Shown here piece after piece: positions 28,404 to 36,985 of a stretch of 64,000 bases of DNA. The notes beneath the pieces were generated by a model. That model worked only from the letters and a program-made list of their open reading frames with translations, was not told the DNA's origin and did no database searches. Both the position numbers and the translations under genes were made by a program. Numbering within the stretch: the stretch's first letter is position 1; every line of letters starts with the position of its first letter. The DNA is from an uncultured Candidatus Saccharibacteria bacterium (lineage in GTDB: Bacteria; Patescibacteriota; Doudnabacteria; UBA920). The stretch spans positions 76,961-140,960 of the forward strand of contig CAZHYL010000001.1 in the NCBI GenBank assembly GCA_964536745.1. The letters are read 5' to 3'.

Positions 28404-29225
28404 TTATTTTATTTTACTGCAAAGGTCTAGCCAGTTATCGATTGTAAGCTCTTGTGGTCTTGCCGTGGCATCTAAACCAATTTCCTGCAAAACATTTTCT
28501 ACTTGCGATTTAGGCAATCCTAAATTTTTTGTTAAGGTATTATGAATCTGTTTTCGCTTTCCAGAAAAGCAAGCTTTCAAAATCCTAAACAATTTTTTTT
28601 CATCGTCAACCTTGTACTTTTGTTTTGTGTGCAACTTAATCTGAATTACTGCACTATCAACTTTGGGTGCTGGATAAAATTTTTCTGCTCTAACAATTTC
28701 TATTAACTGAGGATCAGCAAAAAGTTGGACCGAGATCGCAAGCAAGTTTAGGTTACCAGGTTTCGCGACAATATTTTGAGCTACCTCTTTTTGCATCAAC
28801 AATGTCATGCTGATCGGCTTACGATTGGTCTGGATAAACTTCTGTACTAATTTGCCGGTCGCGTAATATGGAATGTTAGCGACAACTTTATAATCCCCTG
28901 CTGGTAGTTCTTTATCTAAATCCACTTCTAGAGCATCATTTAAAATGTAACTAAAATTTTTGTACTTCTTTTTTAATGAGTTAAGAACAGGTACGAATTG
29001 AGGGTCTTTTTCAATTGCAATCACTTGCTTAGAACTTTCCAATAAAAACTTTGTAAGATTACCAATCCCAGGCCCAACCTCTAGTACCAAATCGGTTTTG
29101 GAAATACCTGCTGAAGCAACCATATCTTGCAAAACAATTTCATCCAACAAAAAATTCTGTCCATACGTTTTGTTTGGACTTAAACCATAATCTCCAAGTA
29201 GTTGTTTTAGTGTTTCGATGGTCAT
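28404..29225 (-). CDS. rsmA: 16S rRNA dimethyladenosine transferase RsmA/KsgA
   Basis: GQNFL, EVGPGIG, ANIPY, PAPKVDS. Confidence 0.97.
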   Translation of the reverse strand: MTIETLKQLLGDYGLSPNKTYGQNFLLDEIVLQDMVASAGISKTDLVLEVGPGIGNLTKFLLESSKQVIAIEKDPQFVPVLNSLKKKYKNFSYILNDALEVDLDKELPAGDYKVVANIPYYATGKLVQKFIQTNRKPISMTLLMQKEVAQNIVAKPGNLNLLAISVQLFADPQLIEIVRAEKFYPAPKVDSAVIQIKLHTKQKYKVDDEKKLFRILKACFSGKRKQIHNTLTKNLGLPKSQVENVLQEIGLDATARPQELTIDNWLDLCSKIK

Positions 29226-29257
29226 AAATACATACTTATCAATATCATACTAAAGTT

Positions 29258-31384
29258 TTACTCAAATGGCTCGTAAGTATTTTCGTCTGTCTCTACAAAA
29301 CTATCTAAATTCCCATTCAGCTTAATATGTTCTTTGGGGAGTGCATGCAATATTCTGGATGGTGAATTTGCCTGAAAACTACCATACATCTGTCTTTGCT
29401 TGGCATAAACCAAAAATAACTGCTTTCGAGCTCTCGTAAGTCCTACATAAGCTAGTCGGATTTCTTCTGCTAATTCTGAAGGGTCCAGCAGACTATTTGA
29501 ATGGGGTAAAATACCTTCTTCCAAACCAACGAAAAAAACAGTATCAAATTCTAACCCTTTAGCAGCGTGAAGGGTCATAAGGGTTACCGAATTTGGTTCA
29601 GAATTTTTATCTAAATCGGTGATCAGAGCCACTTCTTCTAAAAATTCCTGTAAACCTTCCTGCCAAGCAAGGTGATCGAACTTTGAAGTCACGTTAAACA
29701 ACTCTCTAATATTTTCTATTCTAACCTCGCCCTGCTCTGTGCCATCCCTAAAGTAATCTTCAATACCAGCCAATTTAACCAGCACCTTCAGTAGTTCACT
29801 AAGAGTGGTTTCTTGAGGAATAATTTTGGCTTTGTGCAAAATTGAATAAAAACTGTGCAAGCCTGTAGTTTGCTTCGGTGGTAAATTAATTTTTGTGATG
29901 GCACTAACTGCAGATGCAAAATCTTGTGGTTTATCTTGAGATAAAATAAATTGACGAATCACTTCGAGTGATTTTTCTCCAATCCCACGCGGTGGTAAAT
30001 TAACAACACGACGCAAGGACACGAAATCAAAAGGATTAACTAATAACCGAAGCCAAGCTAAAACGTCTTTAATTTCCCTTCTTTCGTAATATTTAACCCC
30101 ACCAATAATTTGATAAGGGATACCTGCTTCTATAAATACTTCTTCTAACTCACGAGATTGAGCGTGTGTTCTATAGAGTACAGCGATTTGCTGAAGATCT
30201 CCATGGCCCTTAGGTAACTGTGGTACGAAGCCCATACGGAATTGACTTCTGCCAAATCTGGAACTATTTTTCTGTTTCGCTAAGAACTTATCTAATATAG
30301 AATACTCAACAGACTGCTCTTCTTCTTCATATTCTAACTCTTCTTCATAATCATCACCCGAGGCTATTCTCACGATTTGCTTAGCTACGAAAACAGCTTC
30401 AGCGTGCCCATCATATACTTCCTCTATTATTACTTTATCGCCGTTAGGATTATCGGTCCATAAAGTTTTAGGTTTTTGGTCTTTATTCAACTCAATTACC
30501 TTTTGTGCTGCTGCTAAAATATTCTTAGTGGAACGATAATTTTGCTCTAGCTTGATAACTTGAGCATTCGGAAAATCTTTTTCAAAATTTAAAATGTTTG
30601 CAATATTGCTACCCCTAAAACCATAAATACTTTGGGCATCATCACCTACGACAAACAAGTTACCCTTTGCAGATAACAAATGCAAGAACATGTACTGTGC
30701 CTGATTTGTATCTTGATACTCATCTACTAATACATACTGCCAAAGCTCGCGAAACTTCCTAAGGACTTCAGGAAAACTTTGGAATAACAAAATAGGAAGC
30801 ATAAGCAAGTCGTCGAAATCCAAACTGTTTTGCTTAAAAAGAAAATCTTGATACTTAACATAAACCTGTTGAACTATTTCAGACAAATATCCATCAAGCC
30901 CAACTTCCATCTGCTTTGGAGTCTGTAATAAATTCTTCGCACCAGAAATATACGCCCTAAATAAAGGCGCCCCGTACTGTTTAGGAACATCTAAATCTTT
31001 AAGTATATCTTTTAGTATCTTTAACTGATCATCGCTATCCAAAATTACAAAACTTGGATCGTACCCAAGCTTGCCGATATGTTTTCGCAAAATCCTTGCA
31101 CCTATTGAATGGAAGGTTCCCAAAGTCGGCTGGGAAGTTAACTTCGGACCAGATGATCCTTTTAATAGAGTATTGATTCTGCTTTGCATTTCTTTAGCAG
31201 CCTTGTTAGTAAAAGTCACAGCTAGGATTTGGCTGGGAGAAAAGAGACCCTGCTCTATTAAGTAAGCAATCCTATAAGTTAATACCCTAGTTTTTCCACT
31301 ACCTGCACCTGCCAAAACCAAAACCGGCCCCAGAGGGGCGGTGACTGCTTCTGCTTGTGGTTTGTTGAGAATTGAGAGATTCAT
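29258..31384 (-). CDS. pcrA: UvrD/PcrA superfamily I DNA helicase
   Basis: AGAGSGKT, VDEYQD, VGDDAQSIYGFRG, NYRS, TLHAAKGLEF, YVGLTRA. Confidence 0.93.
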   Translation of the reverse strand: MNLSILNKPQAEAVTAPLGPVLVLAGAGSGKTRVLTYRIAYLIEQGLFSPSQILAVTFTNKAAKEMQSRINTLLKGSSGPKLTSQPTLGTFHSIGARILRKHIGKLGYDPSFVILDSDDQLKILKDILKDLDVPKQYGAPLFRAYISGAKNLLQTPKQMEVGLDGYLSEIVQQVYVKYQDFLFKQNSLDFDDLLMLPILLFQSFPEVLRKFRELWQYVLVDEYQDTNQAQYMFLHLLSAKGNLFVVGDDAQSIYGFRGSNIANILNFEKDFPNAQVIKLEQNYRSTKNILAAAQKVIELNKDQKPKTLWTDNPNGDKVIIEEVYDGHAEAVFVAKQIVRIASGDDYEEELEYEEEEQSVEYSILDKFLAKQKNSSRFGRSQFRMGFVPQLPKGHGDLQQIAVLYRTHAQSRELEEVFIEAGIPYQIIGGVKYYERREIKDVLAWLRLLVNPFDFVSLRRVVNLPPRGIGEKSLEVIRQFILSQDKPQDFASAVSAITKINLPPKQTTGLHSFYSILHKAKIIPQETTLSELLKVLVKLAGIEDYFRDGTEQGEVRIENIRELFNVTSKFDHLAWQEGLQEFLEEVALITDLDKNSEPNSVTLMTLHAAKGLEFDTVFFVGLEEGILPHSNSLLDPSELAEEIRLAYVGLTRARKQLFLVYAKQRQMYGSFQANSPSRILHALPKEHIKLNGNLDSFVETDENTYEPFE

Positions 31385-31539
31385 CCAGAGGTATTATATC
31401 ATCCTAATCGATTGGAAAGTTAATCTTATTGGGCCGCCTAATAATAGTAGAATAATGCTAAATTTTCCCTTATTTAAGCGCATTGTGGAAAAAAATCGGC
31501 TTAGAGTAGGGCTGAATTCCGACTAATCCCCAGTTCGAC

Positions 31540-31568
31540 TTGTCTAAGAAATATTGCCTTGTTAAGAT
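31540..31568 (+). promoter_or_regulatory. sigma70 promoter for the LysM-CHAP gene leader
   Basis: TTGTCT-17-TAAGAT with TG extension. Confidence 0.6.
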
Positions 31569-31787
31569 AGATAAGTAATTGCTGGTGTGGTAAGTAACTA
31601 CAGTTAATTTCCGCATAAATAAGCAAGTTTTTTTATTCAATAATCCGAATTTATGGTAGCGATGGAGGGCTAAACTAATCTCTTGTAGTCTAGTCGCTGA
31701 TCATTCTAACGGTCTAAATGCCAAATTGATACTAATACCCAAATTTTTGGGTTAGTTGGCTGAAAGTAATTTATACCCGCTTCACAA

Positions 31788-33014
31788 TTGTCACAATTTT
31801 TGAAGAAAAAACTAAAGCGCTACTGGCTTATTAGTCAGTACTTGTTTAATAAAGTAAAACACTCATTAGTGAGCCGATACCCTCGCCTCTCTAAGCTTTA
31901 TACAGACCATTTTCCTTCTGTACAGATTGGCCAGAAAATGGATGTCTGGGATTATAGTATTAATTTTTCCAGCGAGATCCTCGTTGGTCTTATTGTGATT
32001 ATTGCTGCAATTAGCAATATCATTATATTTAATCCACTCAAAGCTGATTATAACCATACAGATAAAAGCCTAGCTGCAGAGTTATTAGGTAATCATCCTA
32101 ATCTAAATGAACAGCTTGCTCTTAAACAAAACACTATTAGCACGAAGGTTGTTAGTGAATCTTTATTCTCGCAGGCTAGTGCTAACAATAGTGATTTGTT
32201 AAGCACAGGTTCTGGTATGGTACTTGGTGCAACAGATGAAATCCAAATAGATGACAGTGGTATTACAAAACCAAATCCAGATAGTATCCAAAGCTTAGCA
32301 GCAAGACAAGTACAAATCTACGAAACCCAACCATTTGATACTGTGTACACAGTTGCCGAAAAATTTAAGCTTTCTACTAAAACAATTCGCGAAACAAACA
32401 GCTTACCAAACAATGCCCTTCTTGCAGGGTGGCAGTTAATTATTCCACCGGTTGATGGAATCGTAATTCAAGTTACTAACCCAAACCTTACCTTAACAGA
32501 CGTAGCTGGAGCATACTCCGCAGACATTAATGCTATCGTTGCAAAGAATGGTTTGGAAGATGCAGAAGATATGGTAGATGTTGGTGGTTATTTAGTTATC
32601 CCTGGTGGCAGATTACCTGCTCCAAAGGTAGTTGAAAATACTAGCCCAACCACATCAAAAAAGTTTTCACCTTCAATTCCAAAAGCATCTTCTATCGCAG
32701 GTAACCACAAATTTGCTCCTGGCTACTGCACAGACTACGTAGCTAGAAAAGTTCCAGGAATCACTTGGGGTGGTAACGCAAACCGTTGGATTGCTAACTC
32801 CAAAGCACATGGTGCAACTGTTGACCGTAACCCTGTTGCTGGTGCTATCCTTGTAACCAGTGAAAACCGTCGCTACGGACACGTTGCTTATATCGAAAGC
32901 GTAAAAGGTAGCGAAGTTACTATCAGTGAATGGAACTACGAAGGACTATATATTAAATCTGTTAGAACTCTAGATATCTCGGACAAACGAATTCAAGGTG
33001 TCATCCATCCATAA
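31788..33014 (+). CDS. Membrane-anchored LysM-repeat CHAP-domain peptidoglycan hydrolase
   Basis: TM, two LysM repeats, GYCTDYV, WGGNANRW, YGHVAYIE, ISEWNY; true start uncertain. Confidence 0.9.
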   Translation: MSQFLKKKLKRYWLISQYLFNKVKHSLVSRYPRLSKLYTDHFPSVQIGQKMDVWDYSINFSSEILVGLIVIIAAISNIIIFNPLKADYNHTDKSLAAELLGNHPNLNEQLALKQNTISTKVVSESLFSQASANNSDLLSTGSGMVLGATDEIQIDDSGITKPNPDSIQSLAARQVQIYETQPFDTVYTVAEKFKLSTKTIRETNSLPNNALLAGWQLIIPPVDGIVIQVTNPNLTLTDVAGAYSADINAIVAKNGLEDAEDMVDVGGYLVIPGGRLPAPKVVENTSPTTSKKFSPSIPKASSIAGNHKFAPGYCTDYVARKVPGITWGGNANRWIANSKAHGATVDRNPVAGAILVTSENRRYGHVAYIESVKGSEVTISEWNYEGLYIKSVRTLDISDKRIQGVIHP

Positions 33015-33036
33015 CTCATACTAAAACTCTGATCTA

Positions 33037-33058
33037 AAAACCCCCTACTGGGGGTTTT
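33037..33058. terminator. Bidirectional terminator
   Basis: AAAACCCCC-TACT-GGGGGTTTT. Confidence 0.8.
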
Positions 33059-33075
33059 ATTTTATGATAAATATC

Positions 33076-34881
33076 TTATTGAGCTTTTACTCTACCAGCA
33101 GATGAACCGCTAGAAATGTTTGTAGTAGAAAGGTCGTCTAAATCTAAACCGACATTTTCTGATGTATAATCATCAACTGCTTGGAAAGTTATACCCTTAA
33201 ATAATGTGATCCCCTGTCCGACCTGAGAGCTTGAAGGCGTAAACCTAACAATAAATTCCAAGTATCGTTCTGGCTTATGTACGCCAGCATGAGCTACCAA
33301 TTGACCAACATCCCAAATTAACTTCCCTGTACTAGAGTCATACTTTACTAAATTTCTTTCAGTCGCCGTGATACTTCCGGAATCTAATGTTAATCCAATT
33401 GGAACAAACCCGATTAACTGTCCATTGCGATAATCATTACTACTGTTATCGATTGCGATTTTCACTCTAAATCCGCTTTGAGCCCCAACCACTGGGGGTA
33501 ACTGGCCATCTACATGAGAAACATTGCCCACTAGCTGTGAAGGACTGGAGATTTTTAATTCCATTTCTGGCCCAGAAATTAAATTTACATTCTGGTTAGA
33601 CTTGATCTTCGGTCTCACAATAATGTGTAAGTTCTTCTCGTCCAAACTCGTTGCAGGTCGGGAAATTTGGAACTGCACTTTTACAGTACCTCCATCATTT
33701 GGGTTTAAATTTTCCAACAAACCCAATGATGAAGCGTTCCAAGTAATAGTTTGGTCTTGAACATAACCTGATTCTGTTTTTATAGAACCTGGAACAATAC
33801 TGCCACCTTCAATTTGAGCAACGACTTGCACTCCTGTATTTACAACTTGAGTATTATTACGGAACTGTAATTCTACATTCACTGTATCACCAGGTTCAAC
33901 AATCCCATCTGCGCTTGAACTGGTGAATTTTCCAGAAACACTTAATGGTTGTGAGGATATAGAAGTGGTGAAATTAGCACTAGATTGAGTAAAGAACTCG
34001 CCATTATCATCTGGTACTTGGAACTCCGCTGTAAAATTAAACCCTTGGTTAATTTGCGCGCTGCGGAACGATCCTTCAAAAACAATTTTACCGTTGCTAT
34101 TTGCTTTCAAAGTGCCAATATTCCAAGTGTTGTTAGAAATGGATGTAGAAGGACTACTGGAAGCAAACTCAAAACCATCTGGATATGATACTTTTAGACG
34201 GGCGCTGTCTATGTCGCGCTTTGAACTATTTCTATAGAACAATTCATACTTGACCACTTCGGCAGTATTCGCCTTCTCTGGACCAGACAAATCCAAAACT
34301 ACATCTGTTGCGACCAAGCGAACCTTAGAAGAAGCCTCCGCAGTAAATGGTGAGTTGAAATTATCAAAACGATATCGCAATCTAGCTACTAATTTTTTAC
34401 TATCATTAACACTTCCCTGGGCTAAAACTTTCACAATAACAACTGCATTTTGTCCTGTATTCAAATCTGGGATTTCATAACTAGTGCCAGAAAGGTTTTC
34501 AGATTTAGGGGAACTTGAAACATAGCTTACCCCATCGTCATAAATTAACTCCAGATTCATATCCACCAACTTAACAGGGTCCTCATTCTGGACTTTGATC
34601 TTATAGATTACCTCTCCGCCAGACTGAGCTGTTTCAGGGGCGTCTATTGTTAGTTCAACCTTAGCTTTTTCGGTCCGCTCTTCTTGCTGAGGCCAAAACG
34701 CAAAAACAGCCAAACTGGCTATTATAATAAAACCTAAAACGATAGCGGCTACATACCACTTATTCTCTACCAAAAAAGATTTTATTCTAGACCAACGGCT
34801 TTCTTGGATAATTGAATTTTCCGGTGGAAATTGTTTAGGGTCATCTGGGCCCTGTACCGGTTGAGGTGTAAAATCTGCCAT
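33076..34881 (-). CDS. Membrane-anchored multi-Ig-like (DUF11-like) surface protein
   Basis: One TM, four beta-sandwich repeats with Y.I...N / W.IG.L patterns. Confidence 0.75.
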   Translation of the reverse strand: MADFTPQPVQGPDDPKQFPPENSIIQESRWSRIKSFLVENKWYVAAIVLGFIIIASLAVFAFWPQQEERTEKAKVELTIDAPETAQSGGEVIYKIKVQNEDPVKLVDMNLELIYDDGVSYVSSSPKSENLSGTSYEIPDLNTGQNAVVIVKVLAQGSVNDSKKLVARLRYRFDNFNSPFTAEASSKVRLVATDVVLDLSGPEKANTAEVVKYELFYRNSSKRDIDSARLKVSYPDGFEFASSSPSTSISNNTWNIGTLKANSNGKIVFEGSFRSAQINQGFNFTAEFQVPDDNGEFFTQSSANFTTSISSQPLSVSGKFTSSSADGIVEPGDTVNVELQFRNNTQVVNTGVQVVAQIEGGSIVPGSIKTESGYVQDQTITWNASSLGLLENLNPNDGGTVKVQFQISRPATSLDEKNLHIIVRPKIKSNQNVNLISGPEMELKISSPSQLVGNVSHVDGQLPPVVGAQSGFRVKIAIDNSSNDYRNGQLIGFVPIGLTLDSGSITATERNLVKYDSSTGKLIWDVGQLVAHAGVHKPERYLEFIVRFTPSSSQVGQGITLFKGITFQAVDDYTSENVGLDLDDLSTTNISSGSSAGRVKAQ

Positions 34882-34902
34882 TTATATAATTATAACACGA
34901 AG

Positions 34903-35637
34903 CTACGAATGCACGGTACTTATAAAATATTGTGCGGATTTTAAATCTCTCTCTAATTGATACTCAGTAAACGTTGAAAGGACCTCCAACAATTCCTTCG
35001 CCGACCTAAAATTAAAATTGGCGAAATCAGTAATAAAATCTTCCTTAAACATCTGCTTATATAACTCATGGGCTAGATTCGAGACTGGACGATCGTTTAA
35101 AGAGTTTTGTTTAGAAAGAAACTTACCGGTATCCATAGCAAAGAAGATCTGCTTGCCATCTTCTGCATCTGTCACTACAGACTCTGGAGAAAAACCCAAG
35201 GATTTTAAACTCTGAACAAAAAAGTTGACCACAATATAGAGAACACTATCGTCACCCTCGGTCGCAAGCTGGTCTAGAGACTTTTTATACAATGTATATA
35301 GCGAAGAATTCGGTTGTTGGTCTGGTAAGGACCGCAGGATTAATTCCTGAAGTACAGACAGAGCTTGAACTTTTTGCTGACTGTCTAGTAACTTAGCATA
35401 TTCAGAAACTACTTCTGCCCCAATTAGTTTAGGCAGACCACCGTTACCCACTGATGTGATGTCAATTTCAAAATATGGCTGAAGTTTACCACTCAACTTA
35501 CTTGTCATCCGTTTTGCAGATTTAGCTAAAAATCTTAGCTTACCTTCTTCAAAAGTAAAAAAGGTGAGGAGCAAATCAGCCTCACCTAAATCTTGGGTTT
35601 TAACAATAAATCCTGTTAACTTTTGCTCCTGAGACAT
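34903..35637 (-). CDS. recO: DNA repair protein RecO
   Basis: GEADLL..FT...GK....AK..R OB-fold; ATG at 35637 follows the CBS gene stop. Confidence 0.85.
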   Translation of the reverse strand: MSQEQKLTGFIVKTQDLGEADLLLTFFTFEEGKLRFLAKSAKRMTSKLSGKLQPYFEIDITSVGNGGLPKLIGAEVVSEYAKLLDSQQKVQALSVLQELILRSLPDQQPNSSLYTLYKKSLDQLATEGDDSVLYIVVNFFVQSLKSLGFSPESVVTDAEDGKQIFFAMDTGKFLSKQNSLNDRPVSNLAHELYKQMFKEDFITDFANFNFRSAKELLEVLSTFTEYQLERDLKSAQYFISTVHS

Positions 35638-35638
35638 A

Positions 35639-36346
35639 TTACGGTTTAATGCTTGGCGTATAAATAGGATCTGGGTTACCTTGAAAAATATTTGGGTCTG
35701 CAACGTAAATTATGCCAGCCATAAAACCTACAATAAACAACACAATAGTTGCAGTTAGCCAAATATTTGCTCTGGCTTTAGCAACAATTGCAAAACTAGA
35801 CATAAAATGGCTTTGAGTGAATTCGACCTGTTCATCTATCATTCGAGGCTTTGCCACTACCTCTTTGGCAGGAATATAAGAATTACGAACCATGTCTGGC
35901 GAGAAAAACTTAATAAGGTCTGATCTAGAAATAACCCCGACTAATTTATTAGTACTGTCTGTTACTGGGACCGGATTTACGCGGTCTTCCGCGAACATTC
36001 TTGAAACCTCTTCGATAGTAGTTTCTGGTCTAGCAAAAGGGATATTCTGATTCATAATATCCTGTGCCTTTGAGTTAACAATTTGCTCCACCACGTGCGG
36101 TAATTTACTCCCTGCACCCTGAACATAATCCATATTAGAGAGCATATGGATATAGGTTGGTAAGTATAAATGAGAATCCGCAGTAATAAAATCGCGCTCA
36201 GAAATTGTACCAAGCACTCTTCCCTCATCATTAACTACAGGGACACCTGTAAAATGATGGGAATGAAGTAATTCGGCTACTTCACTTACTAACGTATCTG
36301 GCTTCACAGTGACAACTTTAGTTGTCATTAAATCTTTAACTAACAT
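35639..36346 (-). CDS. CBS-pair domain protein with C-terminal TM helix
   Basis: VKDLMT, GVPVV...G.ISERD, PVPV...GVISRSD; ATG 36346 lies 6 nt after TGcTATAAT. Confidence 0.85.
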   Translation of the reverse strand: MLVKDLMTTKVVTVKPDTLVSEVAELLHSHHFTGVPVVNDEGRVLGTISERDFITADSHLYLPTYIHMLSNMDYVQGAGSKLPHVVEQIVNSKAQDIMNQNIPFARPETTIEEVSRMFAEDRVNPVPVTDSTNKLVGVISRSDLIKFFSPDMVRNSYIPAKEVVAKPRMIDEQVEFTQSHFMSSFAIVAKARANIWLTATIVLFIVGFMAGIIYVADPNIFQGNPDPIYTPSIKP

Positions 36347-36425
36347 ATGTATATTATAGCAAAACCCCCGCGGTAGCGGGGGCAAAATACCAAGTTTGTA
36401 TAATAAAATCTAAATCATAAACTAC

Positions 36426-36710
36426 TTAACGATAGTTAGCGCTCCATCCTGATGAGCTTTGACATACAAACCCAAAATCTTCCCATTCAGCTACTACCCC
36501 TCTGCGGATAACACCATTACTATTAGTATATGAACAACTATGTCCTACTTTAGTTGATTCACCTCCACCACCTTGCACCATTGCACTGGACTTTTGCCCC
36601 GCATCTCTTAATGGCATATTTAATCCATAAGAATTAACGTACGCACCACCAATAATTACACCTAGCACAAAGGCTACTAACATAAACCCAATTAACTTAT
36701 TTTTCTCCAT
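36426..36710 (-). CDS. Small exported hypothetical protein
   Basis: N-terminal TM, two Cys; terminator CCCCCGC-GGTA-GCGGGGG at 36365-36382. Confidence 0.6.
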   Translation of the reverse strand: MEKNKLIGFMLVAFVLGVIIGGAYVNSYGLNMPLRDAGQKSSAMVQGGGGESTKVGHSCSYTNSNGVIRRGVVAEWEDFGFVCQSSSGWSANYR

Positions 36711-36735
36711 ATTTTTTTATTAATTATTTTTAAAT

Positions 36736-36906
36736 TTATTTAGAATTTTGTTCGCAAAGCCAATTACACTCTAGCCCTGCCGAAGCAGAGTTAGCAACAG
36801 GTTGAACATGAGTATCTTCTAAGAAAGCCTGAATAACCTGCTTAGCTTCGGCTTCCGTTTTTACCTGAGCAACTGCTTTAGAGAATGCTTCTTGTTTTTT
36901 ATGCAA
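36736..36906 (-). CDS. Small ORF not in track (56 aa, TTG start)
   Basis: MHKKQEAFSKAVAQVKTEAEAKQVIQAFLEDTHVQPVANSASAGLECNWLCEQNSK; upstream TATAAT; fills the intergenic gap. Confidence 0.45.
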   Translation of the reverse strand: MHKKQEAFSKAVAQVKTEAEAKQVIQAFLEDTHVQPVANSASAGLECNWLCEQNSK

Positions 36907-36985
36907 TTGTCTCTCTATTGTTTAACAATATATCTATATTATAGCCTAATTTCTCTGATGGTTGTGGATAAGTCGATCCCTAATC

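Noticed and set aside
31490-31540. c-di-AMP (ydaO) riboswitch-like words GTAGGG...CCGAC..TAA.CCC before a peptidoglycan hydrolase
   Set aside because: The 5' conserved GCTGAA/GGGGGA elements are not in the required order and the segment lies upstream of the best promoter
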